Shown here one piece after another: positions 59,888 through 64,000 of a DNA stretch of 64,000 bases. Under the pieces are notes generated by a model, which was not told the origin of the DNA, did not search any database, and saw only the letters and a program-made list of their open reading frames with translations. The DNA is taken from positions 992,001 through 1,056,000 of the forward strand of contig NW_027271034.1 of NCBI RefSeq assembly GCF_040938485.1. Reading direction: 5' to 3'. This stretch comes from Diadema antillarum (lineage: Eukaryota). A program made the position numbers and the translations under genes. The stretch's first letter is position 1. Each line of letters opens with the position of its first letter.

Positions 59888-60877
59888 TAGGCCTACTTAT
59901 TCATCTATTTATCTATCTTGATTATTTATGTGTGAGTGCTTGGGGATGTTTGCTTTAACGTACATAAATGGTGTTTGCCATATAATAACTATTTACTGAA
60001 ATAAATCTCCTTGAAATATTGGATGATATACCCACTAGCGATATCCATAGACATGGCAGACACTAATACCATGAACGCAATGAGTAACAGAAAGATGAAA
60101 ATTCCATTGATACATACACCTCTAACAGCGGCAATCAAAGTATCGCGCTCTAAGTTTGTTAGTTTTGTGTTGTTCTTTTTCTGTACCTGATAACTAAAGA
60201 ACAAAGGTCTATTCATCATGCTACTGTTTAATGGTGATGACGTTGCTTATTTGTATACCGTCTCCGTGTTCAGAAGAAGTAGAATAATTCTCGCGCTCGT
60301 AGGTTATACTGCTTTGAAAATGAAAAAAAAAAAGTCGCCAGATATAGTAGCCTACAGTTCTGGTCTAAAATCGTCTTAATTGTGTTTGTGCAATACGTTT
60401 AGAAGAGGTGATTGCACTGGATTGTGGTTTCATGATCTGTCTAAATGAGTGTTGGCAATATCTGAACGACTATCCATTCCATTCGCTTTAATGAACCATT
60501 CATCCATACACAAATCATTGTGATCCTCTTCAGCCAAATAAGCCTGCCCGCGCTATTGAATACAGTATCCGACCTGCAGTTTGTGTCCCTCGTGATCATC
60601 TGAGCAGATCTGAGGATGTCATTCAGGGTTTCACGCTTGATTACAGTATCTCTATGCCAAGCTTTATATACAGTATACGGATATACTGAATACAGAAATC
60701 CGTGCATTTACATTTTGCCACCGAGTGTAGGCCTGCATACGTAAAAATGATTGATAATAAAGAAAATGACTGTGTATAGGTACGGATAAACTTTGAAATG
60801 AGAACTTTGAACTTTTATCTCATTTCTGCCGACTGCTTGTGGATGATGAATACGTACAGCAAGCCCGAGAACTATAT

Positions 60878-61299
60878 ACAAGATTCTGTATATCAGAATA
60901 TTGGAATACAAGTCAACAAGATTCTGTATATCAGAATATTGGAATATCTTACAAATCAACAAGATTATGTATATCAGAATATTGGAATACAAATCAACAA
61001 GATTCTGTATATCAGAATATTGGAATACAAATCAACAAGATTCTGTATATCTGAATATTGGAATACAAATCAACAAGATTCTGTATATCAGAATATTGGA
61101 ATACAAATCAACAAGATTCTGTATATCACAATATTGGAATACAAATCAACAAGATTCTGTATATCTGAATATTGGAATACAAATCAACAAGATTCTGTAT
61201 ATCAGAATATTGGAATACAAATCAACAAGATTCTGTATATCACAATATTGGAATACAAATCAACAAGATTATGTATATCAGAATATTGGAATACAAGTC
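60878..61299. repeat. 38-bp minisatellite, ~11 copies
   Basis: Unit AACAAGATTCTGTATATCAGAATATTGGAATACAAATC, few variants, one 5-nt insertion near 60947. Confidence 0.93.
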
Positions 61300-62403
61300 A
61301 CATGCCAGGCTACATAACCGTCATGATCAAATATATTCATCCACAATCTGTGGGGTCGTAAAACAACAATGTAGGCTGTACACAGGGAAATAAGTGTTGA
61401 AACTAAGACATATATAATCTTTGCAATTTTGGCCAATAGACAGAGGACATTTACTATATTGTTTGAATATAAATAACACATCTTGAAAGCTCTGTGGTGT
61501 ACTCTAAATCCATGATTAATAAATTTCAGCCTCTATCATCTAACAAAATGGCATTCAAGCTGTAATGACTATGCACTCACCTCCAAAGTGGCGATCGTAA
61601 AAATCGTTATTTTGCTCTGTTTATGCATGCTGTCATTATAATTATACACAACATGTGATTTCACACCTATTATAGACAAGAGTTATTCGCTGTTTTCAGT
61701 TGTTATGATATCGCCCAATATGATTCGACTTTCACATTTTCTTTGAAAATCATATGATTTATACATTGCCCACTTCCTGCACTTCAGTTTGCAGATGTTG
61801 TTAATCGTTTTTTTTTTTCAATCTTTCAAACGCAAATTCAATGCCCTTTTGACCTTTCTTTAACTGTGCCCTGCTTACACTATATGATTACTACTTATTC
61901 TGCACAAAGTCAAATGGCAAGTTTGAGTCATCATCATGCAAAGCTATGCAATTAATATGTTAACAGATAGCTTCTATTGATTCAGGTATACCCACAAAGA
62001 GACAAAATTGATGTGATAGTATTTGTACCACGACATGGATGATGGGAGAAAAATATCTCTCGGTCATGACGTGTTCCATATTCAAGTAATCCCATTAGTC
62101 AAAAATACAGAATACTGTATTCGGGATCTCACATACAGTATAGACAATGCACTAAATGCAATAGGAGTGAGCACCCGTACACATGAATCAAAATAACACA
62201 CTTCGTAGGAGTGAAGTGAAGTGAAGTGAAGCAGAAGTTTATTATCTATCTATATTCACATGTTTACATGGCATAATACATAACAAAAGACACATGCATG
62301 AATACAGGATAAAAGGTATCACAAAATAGTATGATGAATGCTAATCAAGTCCGATACCTGTTTGATACAAAGGGAGTGAATCAAGATGACAAAATAACAC
62401 AAG

Positions 62404-62561
62404 GGGCCCATTGCATAGAAGTATACTATTATGGTAACTCTGCCATCCAATGGTAACTTCCATGCAATTCTTGATTTTGATTGGCTGTTTAGTATTGTCG
62501 CCATGGTAGTTATCATTGGATGGCAAAGTTACCATAATTGTAACTTTTATGCAACGAGCCC
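62404..62561. mobile_element. PIF/Harbinger MITE
   Basis: GGGCCCATTGCATAGAAGT ... ACTTTTATGCAACGAGCCC with AAG and CAG flanks. Confidence 0.65.
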
Positions 62562-62586
62562 CAGATTACTTCTTGTTGTATACCAG

Positions 62587-62752
62587 GGCCCTGTTGCATA
62601 AAACCCTTACCGCTGGACTTACCGCTCCTTTCTAGCGGTAAGTCTTCAAATCAGCGGTAAATTTTATAATCCTTGATGCTGATTGGCTGTGATGCCTAAT
62701 GTTGACGGTAGTTACCATTGAAATTCAATGGTAAGTTTTATGCAACGGGCCC
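62587..62752. mobile_element. PIF/Harbinger MITE
   Basis: CAG|GGCCCTGTTGCATAAAAC ... GTTTTATGCAACGGGCCC|CAG, a 3-bp CWG TSD. Confidence 0.75.
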
Positions 62753-62849
62753 CAGTACTCTATATTGTACAAGTACAATGCATTACCATATTTTATGTTG
62801 TTCTTTTTTTTTTCATACTGACTCTATCATGTTCGTGTAGGCGTACACT

Positions 62850-63110
62850 ATGCGAGCCAATCAAAAGCCGACGGACGGGGTCGAGCCTCCAAGGAGGAAT
62901 GTGATCGTCCCGCTATCGCATGCGTGGCGCGTGTTGGACCATGATCATCGTTGCATGCGTCAGTCACGTCATAGAGTACCGTGCTGATACAGAGTGCGAG
63001 TGTATATTAAAATCCTTTCCCTGCCTGCGTGTCTCGCTCGACAATCGGCCTCCCGTGCCTAAACGAGGTGTACTCCGATGAGAACAACATCCTTCAGATA
63101 GTGCGCCGGT
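62850..63110 (+). promoter_or_regulatory. Candidate promoter and non-coding first exon of a downstream gene
   Basis: CpG-rich patch with CCAAT (62857), CRE-like TCACGTCA (62964), TATATTAAAA (63003) and donor-like CCG|GTCAGT (63109). Motif-based inference only. Confidence 0.3.
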
Positions 63111-64000
63111 CAGTTTTTACTACCAGTAATTATTTTTTTAAAACTTATTGTTTTCCTTCTTCCGTTACAATTACATCTTTAACACTACACAGTGCACAGA
63201 CACTAGACAGCATCTGCCATCGTCAGCACTCACACACGAGGAAGAATCCCACAACGTACACTGTAAGTACCGGTATGTAAACGCCATCAATTTTGCATGA
63301 TTGTGATGAACTCTGTTGACCGGACCGACCGTCTGTCTGTGCAGCATTGACAAGACACGACACAATCGCAAATTGCACAGAACTGTCAAGTCTCCCTGAT
63401 TCTGCAGGAGTCTCCCTGAGAATATCAAAATCTGTTCATGTCTGAATGAGACTGATCGAGAGAATATTAAAATCGGCATGATTTGGGAATTATTTTCACT
63501 CATTGAAATGCACGTAACATGCAGATATCTCCCTGATTGCTGTGTGGAATGTTGGCAGACCTGATTCACCATGCCCCAATTGTATTAAATTTAAATACTG
63601 TCATCTTCAGCCGGGTTAAACTTCTTATCAAGTAGGAAATCGGAAAGTACAAGCAATCCTGATGTTTGGGATTAGAATCTAGTTCTGGATCTAGATTATT
63701 TTATTTTAAGTTGCTGCATGACAATAATGCTAACCTTGTCATTTTGTGCACACGATATCGGAAATTTGTAGCTATCGTCCTCACTTAAACGCGAACGATG
63801 TGGAATAGTTGTGCGCTGAGGAAGGGCCTGCAACTCGTCACCCGCGCATGCAGCTCCCATAGACAAAGCACATAAAATAGAAAGTTGTCAATTTCTCACA
63901 AGGTTTTATTGTGTGAACTGTTCGAAATGTTCAAGACAGACATTTTTTACCATAAGATACGAAATTTGAGCCTCATTTGCCGATTTTTTCTTTGTCATCC

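Noticed and set aside
60798-61393. Repetitive ORFs up to 187 aa, or a CRISPR array
   Set aside because: A 38-bp unit is not a multiple of 3 and gives the same peptide in all frames. There are no unique spacers or cas genes, and the context is eukaryotic.

Overview
AT-rich, intron-rich animal genomic DNA. The genes, introns and repeat families suggest a marine invertebrate deuterostome, probably an echinoderm (inference). Three spliced host genes can be reconstructed by hand. (1) The 5' three coding exons of CCDC61 on the minus strand, running off the window start. (2) A minus-strand gene of about 833 aa with ZU5-UPA-linker-Death domain architecture (UNC5C-like/PIDD-type module with no transmembrane or extracellular part). 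(3) A complete 13-exon, 530-aa clan-3 cytochrome P450 on the plus strand, with one GC-AG intron. The most striking accessory feature is a 3,375-bp Gypsy-type LTR element with identical 195-bp LTRs, an ATAT target-site duplication (TSD) and a perfect tRNA-Leu primer site. It has intact gag and protease joined by a GGGAAAC -1 slippery site plus an H-type pseudoknot, but RT, RNase H and the integrase core are deleted in frame. Other repeats: a hAT-like element with a 6-bp TSD just upstream of CCDC61, three CR1-type LINE fragments (one split by a 9-bp-TSD MITE), two tRNA-derived SINEs, four Helentron-associated (HINE/pearl-like) elements (at least two carrying internal tandem arrays), many piggyBac, Kolobok, Tc1 and Harbinger-type MITEs including a three-layer nest, a 38-bp minisatellite and two assembly gaps. 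All coordinates were read by eye; no database searches were run.
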